NCBI GenBank assembly: GCA_037446635.1
Contig: JBBIIG010000015.1
Location: forward strand, 1-32,038
Direction: 5' to 3'
Length of the DNA: 32,038 bases
DNA from: a bacterium
GTDB lineage: Bacteria > Zhuqueibacterota > Zhuqueibacteria > Oceanimicrobiales > Oceanimicrobiaceae
Numbering within the stretch: position 1 is the first letter of the stretch; each line of letters starts with the position of its first letter. The position numbers were made by a program, and so were the translations under genes. Below the pieces are notes generated by a model that was not told the origin of the DNA, ran no database searches, and was given only the letters and a program-made list of their open reading frames with translations. This document shows positions 9,667-17,945 of this stretch, one piece after another.

Positions 9667-11042
9667 AGCTCAACATGCTTGCTCCCCTCGTACGGTCAAA
9701 TCACGGTTTGCCGATCAAATATTTTTTAACTCCGGAACTGATGCCCGACCGCGAAACGATCGCCCAGTTGGAAGGTCTCGCGCAGGCCAGCGGCCTCCAA
9801 CATCACGTTGCGGTGTTGCCGGATATCCACCGCAAAAGCCGCAACCCGAGCCCCACCGGCACGGCGGTGGCAGCGAGAGACGCCATCATCCCCCGCGCCG
9901 TGGATACAGGCATCTGTTGCGGCATGCGCATAATCCGCACGGAGATCGAAACGCGTCATCTTTCGGCGGCGGTTCTCGACGCGCTTTTCGGCGAACTCAT
10001 GCGCACCATTCCGGTGGCTGAGCACCACGAGGATGTTCTGAGCGAAGAAGACTTCACTGAGATACTGGTGCACGGCGGGCGCTGGAGCCAGAAAAAATTT
10101 GCCCTGAGCGACGAGGAGTTGAATTGCATCGAGGAGCGCGCTACCTACCGGGCGGATACTAATGACAGCACGGCCATTCTGGCGGCGATGCCTGCGCCCG
10201 CCCTAAAAAAGGGCCGGCGTCGCTTCGGCACCCTCGGCGCAGGCAACCATTTTCTCGAGCTGCAGGAAATTGTGGAAGTGTTTGATCCGAAGATGGCGGA
10301 TCGGCTTGGCCTCGCGCGGGGGCAGGCCGTGTTTATGCTTCACACGGGCTCCCGCAGCGTTGGCAGCAAGATGATGAAGTTTTATTTAGAGGAATTGGGC
10401 CAGAAATTTGGCGGCCCGCCAATTTGGTCGGTGCCAGCCAATTCGGACGAGGGCTTGCGATACCAACGCGCCATCGCCGCCGTCTCTAATTATGGTTTTG
10501 CCAACCGCATCGTCATCACCGAAAAATTGCGCGCGGCGGTGCGCAAAGTGTTGGTGGATGAATCGCTGGCGCTGCCCCTGCTGTACGATTGTGCGCATGT
10601 CAGCATCAAACAAGAGCTCTGGCGCGGTGAAAAGCTGTGGGTTCATCGCCACGGCGGCAGCCGGGCGCTGCCGCCTTCGCAGATGGCAGACCACCCGCTC
10701 TTTTCTCAAACCGGCCAACCGGTACCCATTCCGGGGTCGATGGGGGACGATTCGTTTATCGGCGTGGCCGACGAGCCCGTGGTTGAAACGTTTTACTCCC
10801 TCAATCACGGCGCCGGCCGAATTTTCGACAAGCCCGAAGCGCGGCAACATTTTTCCGCAGCTCAAATCGAAAAAACCATGCGCACTAAAAATATCCGGCT
10901 TTATCGCTACGGTTCGGACAACATTGCGGAACAAGCGCCGGGCTCGTTTAAAAATATCGCCAAAATCATCGACGCCATGACCGCCCTTTCCCTGGCCAAA
11001 CCGGTGGTGCGCACACGGCCGTTAGCCGTTTTGAAGGGTTAA
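9663..11042 (+). CDS. rtcB: RtcB-family (GTP/Mn-dependent RNA ligase fold) protein, divergent
   Basis: 'LPDIH', 'ICCGMR', 'GTLGAGNHFLE', 'HTGSR', 'IPGSMG', catalytic 'HGAGR', C-terminal 'RPLAVLKG'. GTGA overlap with the upstream gene. Confidence 0.93.
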   Translation: MKLNMLAPLVRSNHGLPIKYFLTPELMPDRETIAQLEGLAQASGLQHHVAVLPDIHRKSRNPSPTGTAVAARDAIIPRAVDTGICCGMRIIRTEIETRHLSAAVLDALFGELMRTIPVAEHHEDVLSEEDFTEILVHGGRWSQKKFALSDEELNCIEERATYRADTNDSTAILAAMPAPALKKGRRRFGTLGAGNHFLELQEIVEVFDPKMADRLGLARGQAVFMLHTGSRSVGSKMMKFYLEELGQKFGGPPIWSVPANSDEGLRYQRAIAAVSNYGFANRIVITEKLRAAVRKVLVDESLALPLLYDCAHVSIKQELWRGEKLWVHRHGGSRALPPSQMADHPLFSQTGQPVPIPGSMGDDSFIGVADEPVVETFYSLNHGAGRIFDKPEARQHFSAAQIEKTMRTKNIRLYRYGSDNIAEQAPGSFKNIAKIIDAMTALSLAKPVVRTRPLAVLKG

Positions 11043-11048
11043 TTTCTA

Positions 11049-11098
11049 TTTACATAAATTTTACAAGCTTTTGACAGCGCGATGACAACGCCTATTCT
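11049..11098 (+). promoter_or_regulatory. Four 11-bp-periodic TT(T/G)ACA-like direct repeats (Pho-box/OmpR-type operator) overlapping a candidate sigma70 promoter
   Basis: TTTACA 11049, TTTACA 11060, TTGACA 11071, ATGACA 11082. TTGACA-N16-TATTCT (11093-11098). RBS AGGAG at 11150-11154 before ATG 11162. Confidence 0.65.
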
Positions 11099-11161
11099 GT
11101 TTTCAATTATATTAGTAGTGCCACTTATCACTAACCACGAATTAAAAAGAGGAGAAATGAG

Positions 11162-11767
11162 ATGCAAAGTACTAGAGTGATTGTTTTGGTTCTACTCACC
11201 GGCCTGGTGTTCGCTGCGGTTAGTCCGAGCCGGGCGCAGAGTAGAAAACCCTTTATGAGAGCAGATGAGATTCTCGCCACCATCAAACCGGGCCAGTGGG
11301 CAAAGTTAGAGGGAGTGGTACAGAAGGATTTCACCGCCCTCTGCAAGGAGGTGGAAATTCTGACCGGTGACTTTCTCGATGATGAGTGGGGGATTACCGC
11401 AGTTGTCCAGCAGATTGATAAAGAAAAAAAAGAGTTTACACTTCTGCGCTTGCCAGTCAAAATCAATAAGGATGCTGAATTTGAAATGGCCGGAAAAAGC
11501 GATGGCAAGCGCGAGTTTAAAGGATTTGACGATCTCAAAGTTGGAATGTTGGTGGAATTAGAGGGAACCTACTTGAAAGACGGGACTTTTCTGGCCAAAG
11601 AAATCGACGATGAAACCGCTAAAGTGGAACGCGAGCCGGCACTGGCGGGAGAGGTCGAAGTAATGGGGCGAGTCGACAAAGTTGACGCCAAGCAGCGAAC
11701 GATTACAGTCATGGGTATCGCCTTTGTGCTTACTGAAAAAACCAAAGGCAAATCGGTCATCAAATAA
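11162..11767 (+). CDS. Secreted DUF5666 (OB-fold-like repeat) domain protein
   Basis: Signal peptide ending 'SRA'. Repeated 'V..IDKEKKEFTLL..PVKINKDAEF...DLKVGMLVELEG...FLAKEI' and 'GRVDKVDAKQRTITVMGIAFVLTEKT', typical of DUF5666. Confidence 0.75.
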   Translation: MQSTRVIVLVLLTGLVFAAVSPSRAQSRKPFMRADEILATIKPGQWAKLEGVVQKDFTALCKEVEILTGDFLDDEWGITAVVQQIDKEKKEFTLLRLPVKINKDAEFEMAGKSDGKREFKGFDDLKVGMLVELEGTYLKDGTFLAKEIDDETAKVEREPALAGEVEVMGRVDKVDAKQRTITVMGIAFVLTEKTKGKSVIK

Positions 11768-11781
11768 AGCTCGAGTAAATT

Positions 11782-13311
11782 ATGAATCGCAACCGTTGCT
11801 TCATTTTTTTAGTTTCGACGCTGTTGCTCAGCGGGCGGCTTATTGCTGGCGCGGGCTCCCAAGAAAGTCGGGAAGTGGATTTTTTTTACAAAGCGTACAG
11901 CGAGGCCGAGATCAACGAGGCCATAAAACGTCCCCTGACGCTGAAGGACTGTATTTCCATTGCACTGGCGAAGAACATTCCACTCAAGTTGGTGCAAGGC
12001 GATGTAAACAAGGCCGAGGCCGCGCATTCCGGCGCCTACAGCATTTTTTTCCCGGTATTTACTATTGAAGGCGTCAAAGAGAACCGTGATGAAAAGCGGC
12101 TGCCGGTTTTCCCAAATCCGGATACCACCAGCATTAGCCCCATTCGAAATCAAGCGTTGGTTGGCCGGGTGATCCAATTGTTTCCAACGGGTGCGGTTTT
12201 AGATTTTGCCACGGACCTGCGCCGCGACGTCAACGCCCCGGATCGGTTTCAATCGCCCGACCGAACCAAAAACCGCATCTTTAACCTGCGCTTTACCCAG
12301 CCGCTCTTGCGAGGCGCCTGGCCCACCGTGGTGCGCAACGCCATCACCGTATCTGCCTATGACCGTCAAATACAAAATACGTTGCTGTTAGATCAAAAAC
12401 TGAAGACAGTGTTTTTGGTAAAAAGTGCATTTTATGAAGTGCTGCTGCAGCACGAATTGCTTAAGGTCAATCAGGCGGCTATCGAGCGCGACTCGACGCT
12501 GCTGTTCGCTTCGGAATCGAAAGTGGAGGCAAAGTTAGCCACGCGCCGCGATGTGCTCAGCGCGGAAATTCAACTGGCCAGCGACAAAGCCACGCTGATC
12601 AAAAACCAAACCGACTACGAGTTCGCGCTGGACGGCCTCAAGGAAATTTTAGGATTACCTATCGAACTTGAGATCGATATTGCTGATACCGAGCTGGATT
12701 TTTCAATCCAGACGCTTGACGAGCAGGCTTTGATTGAACGAGCGGCCATGATGAATCCGACTCTCCAAAGCACCGCCCTCGCCGTTAAGCGAAGTAAATT
12801 ACAACAAACGGTCGCCCGCAATGCGCGCCTGCCGCAGCTTGATTTAGTCGCTTCTTACAGTCGTAATTTTGAATCTAAATTGGCATCCGACCCGGAGGAA
12901 AATACCGATCTTCATGCTACTGCCTGGGAGTTCAGTTTTAATTTTAGCTACCCGTTTTTGAATCGTGACGCGGTTACCAAAGCCGAAATTGCCCAGGTTG
13001 ATGTTTCGCAGCAACAGGAACGGTTGCAGGAGTTGCGCCGGCAAATTCAGGTGAGCATCCGCAGCATTGTGCGCAGCACCTACAGCGCTATTGAAGAGAT
13101 CAAGACCTTGCAGCGCAGCATTGAGTCGGCAGAACAGAAGGTGGCGTTTGCCACCACCATGTTCAATCTCGGGCGGGCGTCGAACCTGGATATCACCGAC
13201 GCCCAGGAAGCTTTGTTGAAAGCGGAAACGCAGTACGTGCAAAAATTGGTCGATTATCATATTCAACTGGCGTTGTTGGAGAGTCTAACCGGACAAGTTA
13301 TTACGAATTAA
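11782..13311 (+). CDS. TolC-family outer membrane efflux protein
   Basis: Signal peptide, 'LTLKDCISIALAKN', 'FTQPLLRG', 'RLPQLDL', 'FNLGRASNLDITDAQ', 'LESLTG'. Confidence 0.93.
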   Translation: MNRNRCFIFLVSTLLLSGRLIAGAGSQESREVDFFYKAYSEAEINEAIKRPLTLKDCISIALAKNIPLKLVQGDVNKAEAAHSGAYSIFFPVFTIEGVKENRDEKRLPVFPNPDTTSISPIRNQALVGRVIQLFPTGAVLDFATDLRRDVNAPDRFQSPDRTKNRIFNLRFTQPLLRGAWPTVVRNAITVSAYDRQIQNTLLLDQKLKTVFLVKSAFYEVLLQHELLKVNQAAIERDSTLLFASESKVEAKLATRRDVLSAEIQLASDKATLIKNQTDYEFALDGLKEILGLPIELEIDIADTELDFSIQTLDEQALIERAAMMNPTLQSTALAVKRSKLQQTVARNARLPQLDLVASYSRNFESKLASDPEENTDLHATAWEFSFNFSYPFLNRDAVTKAEIAQVDVSQQQERLQELRRQIQVSIRSIVRSTYSAIEEIKTLQRSIESAEQKVAFATTMFNLGRASNLDITDAQEALLKAETQYVQKLVDYHIQLALLESLTGQVITN

Positions 13312-13327
13312 AAGAGAGCTCGGTTTT

Positions 13328-14563
13328 ATGGATACTTTAGCTAAATTCAAAGTCTGGTTCGCTGAAGTCATGGCGGATAAAAGGCGCCGGCAGGTGATGA
13401 TGATTGTAGCGCCTGCGGTCGTCGTGGGTTTTTTTGTTGGTGGCAAACTCATGTTCGCCGAAAGCGACGAGATGAAACTGCCCAGCGTAGAGGTTAAGAA
13501 GGGGGCTGTAACCATCAAAATCACCGAGATCGGAGAATTGCGAGCCAAGGATCAGGTGACCATCAGCGCTATCAATGATAAGCAAATCATCTGGATGGTT
13601 CCGGAGGGCCAGTGGGTAGACGAAGGCGACACCATTTTGGTGCTCGAGTCCGAGAAATACATCATTTCGAGCGGCGAGGCCGAGTCGTCGTTGCTGGTGG
13701 CCAAAGCAGAATTGACCAAAGCGCTGAGCGAACTCGAGGCGCAGAGGTCAAAGGAAGAGGCGGCCCGCAAGAATTATGAGTCGCTGCCAGAGTTAGCCAA
13801 AAAAGGCTTTGTGATGGAAAGCGAAGTGGAGCAAGCGCGGCTGGCGTACATGGAGGTGAAATCCAGAACCAACTCCTTTCAGGCGGCGGTCGATGCCGCG
13901 CGTGCAAACGTGCAGCGCGCGGAACGAGCGCTCGCTCAACAAGAACGAAAGCTGCGCGAGGGCGTCATAGTCGCACCCCGCGCCGGCTTGGTGGTTTACG
14001 CCACGGTTGGCAATGAGGAAACGGCACGAAAGATTGAAGTCGGCATAACGCCGTTCGAGGGTATGGATTTGATATATTTGCCGGACATCTCCTCGATGCT
14101 GGTGGACGCGGAGATCAGCGAAGTCGATTTAGCCCGGCTGAAGGTCGGGATGCCAGTAGAAATTTGGCTGGACGCTTACCCGAACGACAAATTTAAAGGC
14201 GAGGTCATCAAAATTTCCGATCTGGCCAAACGCAAAATTAGCCGGGTTACCGGCAAGGCGACCGGCGCCAAAGTTTTTGACGTGACTGTCAGGGTGTTGG
14301 CTGAGGACATTCGCTTGAAGCCGGGGCTCACGGCCACCGTCGATATCATTGTTAACCATTATGAATCGGTGCTGTACGTTCCTCTCGAAGCGATATTTGT
14401 GGACGAGCACGATCAGACAATCGTATATGTCAAAAACAAAGGGCGGGTTGAAAGCAGAAAGGTAATGTTGGGGGAAAGCAACGATCGCGTGGCTATCGTC
14501 AAAGAAGGCTTACGGGAGAATGAAGAAGTACTGTTGACTCACCCAAGCTTGGCTCGCAGTTAA
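13328..14563 (+). CDS. Periplasmic adaptor / membrane fusion protein (MacA/HlyD-like)
   Basis: N-terminal TM, 'VPEGQWVDEGD' lipoyl half, coiled-coil hairpin, 'IVAPRAGLV', 'DAEISEVDL', 'LKPGLTA', 'EGLRENEEV'. Confidence 0.93.
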   Translation: MDTLAKFKVWFAEVMADKRRRQVMMIVAPAVVVGFFVGGKLMFAESDEMKLPSVEVKKGAVTIKITEIGELRAKDQVTISAINDKQIIWMVPEGQWVDEGDTILVLESEKYIISSGEAESSLLVAKAELTKALSELEAQRSKEEAARKNYESLPELAKKGFVMESEVEQARLAYMEVKSRTNSFQAAVDAARANVQRAERALAQQERKLREGVIVAPRAGLVVYATVGNEETARKIEVGITPFEGMDLIYLPDISSMLVDAEISEVDLARLKVGMPVEIWLDAYPNDKFKGEVIKISDLAKRKISRVTGKATGAKVFDVTVRVLAEDIRLKPGLTATVDIIVNHYESVLYVPLEAIFVDEHDQTIVYVKNKGRVESRKVMLGESNDRVAIVKEGLRENEEVLLTHPSLARS

Positions 14564-14584
14564 TTCCCTAACCGCAAAACATTA

Positions 14585-15820
14585 ATGGAATATTCTGAAA
14601 CCTTTCGCGTCGGCATCGAAAGTATTTTAGCCCATAAATTACGTTCATTGTTGACCACGCTGGGCGTTATTTTCGGAGTGGCGGCGGTTATTTCCATGCT
14701 CTCCATTGGCGAAGGCGCCAAACGTACTGCGATTGAGCAGATCAAGTTGTTGGGTACGAACAACATTCGTATCAATCACGTCAAGCTAACCGGTGAGCAA
14801 GCGGAGTTGGCCGAAAAGAAACTTTCCAAAGGTTTGAATTACCGTGATTGCCAACTCATCCGCGCGAACTCGCCCAACATCACCGGCGCCACCCCCTTGA
14901 GGTTTGTGGAAACGGAGGTGTTGCGGGGGAATAAAGAATCCACCGGCCGGGTGATCGGGACGCAAAGCGACTTCGAGTGGATCAGCAATTTTCATCCTAA
15001 GGAGGGGCGCTTTATTGGGCCGCTGGATGAAAAAGAGGCCAAGCGGGTGTGCGTCATTGGTTCAGAGGTTCGCCAGGAATTGTTTGGTTATCTTAACCCG
15101 ATTGGCCGCCAGGTCCGAATTGGCGACTCGTGGTTTACGGTGATCGGCGTCATGGAACCCAAAACCATCAAAGAAGGAAAAACCACGGTCATCAAGCTGC
15201 GCAATATCAACAAAGACATTTATATTCCCATCACCACCGCTCTCAAGCGCTTCACCAACGACGACCAACCTGATTTTGTTGATGAAATTGCTATCCAGGT
15301 GAGCCATGCGGACCAGGTCATCACGACCGCGGAGGTGGTAAAACGAATTCTGGCGCGCACCCACAACGGCGTCAACGATTACGAGATCATCATTCCAGCC
15401 GAACTGTTGGCACAGAGCCAGAAAACGCAGCGGATTTTTAACATCGTCATGGGGTCGATTGCCGCGATCTCGCTTTTGGTTGGTGGCATCGGCATTATGA
15501 ATATTATGTTGGCGAGCGTTACCGAGCGCACGCGCGAGATCGGGATTCGGCGCTCCGTGGGCGCTACCCAGCATGACATTCTCCGGCAATTTCTCAACGA
15601 GACCGTTTTAATCAGCGCCAGCGGAGGGCTGGTCGGCATCATTCTGGGAACAATCATGGCGAAAAGCATCAACGTTTTTGCTGGATGGGATACCGTGATC
15701 TCCCCGTTCAGCGTCATTGTCGCCTTCGGCATCTCGGCACTGGTGGGAATCGTGTTTGGAATGTATCCCGCACGCCAGGCGGCTATGTTGGATCCCATTG
15801 CCGCGCTGCGCTACGAATAG
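14585..15820 (+). CDS. MacB/FtsX-family ABC transporter permease (no fused ATPase domain)
   Basis: 'KLRSLLTTLGVIFGVAAVI', 'SLLVGGIGIMNIMLASVTERTREIGIRRSVGA', 'YPARQAAMLDPIAALRYE'. Confidence 0.95.
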   Translation: MEYSETFRVGIESILAHKLRSLLTTLGVIFGVAAVISMLSIGEGAKRTAIEQIKLLGTNNIRINHVKLTGEQAELAEKKLSKGLNYRDCQLIRANSPNITGATPLRFVETEVLRGNKESTGRVIGTQSDFEWISNFHPKEGRFIGPLDEKEAKRVCVIGSEVRQELFGYLNPIGRQVRIGDSWFTVIGVMEPKTIKEGKTTVIKLRNINKDIYIPITTALKRFTNDDQPDFVDEIAIQVSHADQVITTAEVVKRILARTHNGVNDYEIIIPAELLAQSQKTQRIFNIVMGSIAAISLLVGGIGIMNIMLASVTERTREIGIRRSVGATQHDILRQFLNETVLISASGGLVGIILGTIMAKSINVFAGWDTVISPFSVIVAFGISALVGIVFGMYPARQAAMLDPIAALRYE

Positions 15821-15859
15821 CTCATCTCAAAAAATAATTTTCTTGAGGAGGGGGGCTTA

Positions 15860-16975
15860 ATGCGTTTCAAAATTTATGTCATCGCGATTTTGTTGATGAA
15901 CTCGGCGTGCTTCAATCGTGCCAAAATCCACGTCCCGGAAAATACGGCTGCCCGCGGAAACACGCTCAGCTCCTGGGTTGATCACACCGGCCAGGCGCCG
16001 GCGCCAACCGCCGGTGAAGACATCGCCATGATTTACGATCCACAGCAGCACCGCATCCTACTCTTCGGCGGCAAGGACGACGACAATCAAAATAGCAATG
16101 AACTGTGGGCGCTGGATGCGGCCAGCCATGCCTGGCAGCCACTCATGATTGTAGGCGACGCGCCGCCCGCCAGCGAAGACCACTCCTTGATTTATGACCC
16201 GATTGGCCATCGCATGATTCTCTACGGCGGAGAGAACGGCCCCACCTGGAACCACACTTGGAGTTTTGATTTGCAAACTCTGCGCTGGAGCGATTTAACC
16301 GACTCCATGGCGCCGCGCCGAGAAGATCACACCGCCATTTACGACAGCCAACAAAAACGGATGGTGGTGTTCGGCGGGCAAGATAATGACGAGCTGAGTA
16401 ACGAAATTTGGGCGTTCAATCTTGATCCCGCTTCTCAAGGTTTTCAGCAATGGCAAAAACTGCCGGCCGCCGGCGACCGTCTGCCGGTCGCAAGATATGA
16501 TCATGCCGCCGTCTATGACAGCTTAAAAAATCGCATGGTAATCTACGGCGGCTGGGATGACGCTGAAGAAACATACCTCGACGACACCTGGGCTTTTTAT
16601 TTTGAACCCTTCCGATGGCAGCCCATCAAAACCAAAAAGTCACATCCGCCGCGGCGCCGTCACGCCGTGGGGGTGTATGACGCTGCCAGAAATTGGTTTA
16701 TCATCCAGGGCGGTTTTGGTGAGGAAGGGTATCTCAATGATGTCTGGGCGTTCGATCTAACCGTGGACGCCTGGCTGAACATCACGCCGGGCCCTCAGCC
16801 GAGGATGGATCACGCCGCGATTTATGATCCCCGCACACAACGCCTGATCATCTATGGCGGCGACGCGGGCCTGACTCATAAATTTCACGACCTGTGGGAA
16901 TTACAGATATTGCCGCACTTGCCGCTGGAGCCCATGTTGAAAGAGGCCGGCGCCCGGCCGCGCTCACGAGAGTAA
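15860..16975 (+). CDS. Kelch-repeat beta-propeller lipoprotein
   Basis: Lipobox-like 'MNSAC'; six repeats of the type 'PxxRxDHxAIYDxxxxRMVxxGG...NxxWxFD'. Confidence 0.88.
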   Translation: MRFKIYVIAILLMNSACFNRAKIHVPENTAARGNTLSSWVDHTGQAPAPTAGEDIAMIYDPQQHRILLFGGKDDDNQNSNELWALDAASHAWQPLMIVGDAPPASEDHSLIYDPIGHRMILYGGENGPTWNHTWSFDLQTLRWSDLTDSMAPRREDHTAIYDSQQKRMVVFGGQDNDELSNEIWAFNLDPASQGFQQWQKLPAAGDRLPVARYDHAAVYDSLKNRMVIYGGWDDAEETYLDDTWAFYFEPFRWQPIKTKKSHPPRRRHAVGVYDAARNWFIIQGGFGEEGYLNDVWAFDLTVDAWLNITPGPQPRMDHAAIYDPRTQRLIIYGGDAGLTHKFHDLWELQILPHLPLEPMLKEAGARPRSRE

Positions 16976-17190
16976 GACAATTAATTGCCTTCAAATGAAA
17001 TTCTCTCCTTGTCGTCCTATCAAAATTTTTCAAAAAAATTTCGATTTTTTTTCCGCAAAGCCTGCGGGCGTTCGTAAATAAACATGTGTTTTTAAGACTC
17101 AATTTCTTCAATCTTTCCTGATATACAACCTCATCTTACTCATACGATATCGGAGCCGGAAGCAGACGGGAAGGGTTAAGTTGTGAAGCT

Positions 17191-17233
17191 TGCGTGTAAT
17201 GTTCACGCATTCCACGCACAAGGCGGAGCCGTG
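17191..17233 (+). promoter_or_regulatory. Candidate pause hairpin + ops-like loading site for the NusG paralog
   Basis: Stem TGCGTG(T)AATG / CATT(C)CACGCA (17191-17218), followed by GGCGGAGCCGTG (17222-17233). The latter resembles RfaH ops GGCGGTAGnnTG and fits the G-11G-10...Y-1G+1 pause consensus. It lies in the leader of the UpxY-type gene. Confidence 0.6.
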
Positions 17234-17285
17234 TTTGGTTAACATATCGTATTATCAAAGTCTCCCAATTAATTTTTACTAAGCT

Positions 17286-17318
17286 GTTCTAAAACAACTT
17301 CAGTTCTAAAACAACTTC
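17286..17318 (+). repeat. Perfect 16-bp direct repeat (GTTCTAAAACAACTTC x2, 1-nt spacer)
   Basis: 17286-17301 and 17303-17318 are identical. Confidence 0.9.
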
Positions 17319-17372
17319 GTTGTGTGAGGTGGCGGGGAACTACCTCCTACAATTAAATCTGGAGAGATAGTT

Positions 17373-17945
17373 ATGGGTGACGATCTCGAAGTTGGCAACG
17401 AGGCCTCGGCTGTGAAGCGATGCTGGCATGCGCTGTACACGCGCCCGCGGTTTGAACGAAGGGTGCGGGCGTTTTTAGAGCAAAAGCAATTGCTGGCGTT
17501 TCTTCCAGAGCGGGAGGTGATCCACCAGTGGAGCAAAAACCGCATCCGCAAAATCAAAGAACCGCTTTTTCCCTCCTACGTTTTTATTTACGTCTCCGCA
17601 AAAGAACAAACGCTTTCAGTCTGCACGCCGGGCGTCGCCTACATTGTTGGCGTTAAGGGCAAGCCGAGTTGCATCCCGGACGATCAGATTCTGAGCATTC
17701 AGCGCATTTTGAATTACGGTTACGATCCCGAGCCCTACGAATATTTCGAGTTCGGCGATCAGGTTGAGATAACGTGCGGCCCCCTCAAAGGAATACGTGG
17801 CGTCTTCATTCAGGAAAGAAGCCGGGCCAAGTTGATCGTCTCCGTCCATCTTATTCATCAGTCCATTGCCATCACCATCGATCGCGGACAGATAAGGAAA
17901 GTGAGTTCGGCGCCGCCGCCAAAAGTGCGGGCAAACTATTTTTAG
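17373..17945 (+). CDS. NusG-paralog transcription antiterminator, UpxY/RfaH/LoaP type
   Basis: NGN domain 'WHALYTRPRFERRV...FLP...PLFPSYVF'; KOW 'GDQVEITCGPLKGIRG'. It is the first gene of a polysaccharide operon; RBS GGAGA upstream. Confidence 0.93.
   Translation: MGDDLEVGNEASAVKRCWHALYTRPRFERRVRAFLEQKQLLAFLPEREVIHQWSKNRIRKIKEPLFPSYVFIYVSAKEQTLSVCTPGVAYIVGVKGKPSCIPDDQILSIQRILNYGYDPEPYEYFEFGDQVEITCGPLKGIRGVFIQERSRAKLIVSVHLIHQSIAITIDRGQIRKVSSAPPPKVRANYF

Noticed and set aside
9663..11042. Classical Rtc RNA-repair operon or toxin/anti-phage module
   Set aside because: No rtcA, rtcR, Ro/TROVE, tRNA/Y-RNA or toxin genes are adjacent; the context is glycosyltransferase and export genes.
16976..17180. 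Invertible (phase-variable) promoter as in Bacteroides capsule loci
   Set aside because: No convincing pair of long inverted repeats flanking a promoter and no recombinase in the window; only A/T tracts.
17286..17318. Possible CRISPR repeat (starts GTT, contains AAAAC)
   Set aside because: Only two 16-bp copies with a 1-nt gap, no spacer and no cas genes.
17326..17365. Leader hairpin GAGGTGG...CTACCTC with alternative CTCC/GGAG pairing to the RBS (possible riboswitch or attenuator)
   Set aside because: The stems are short (4-7 bp) and match no riboswitch consensus I recognise; cannot be supported without covariation data.
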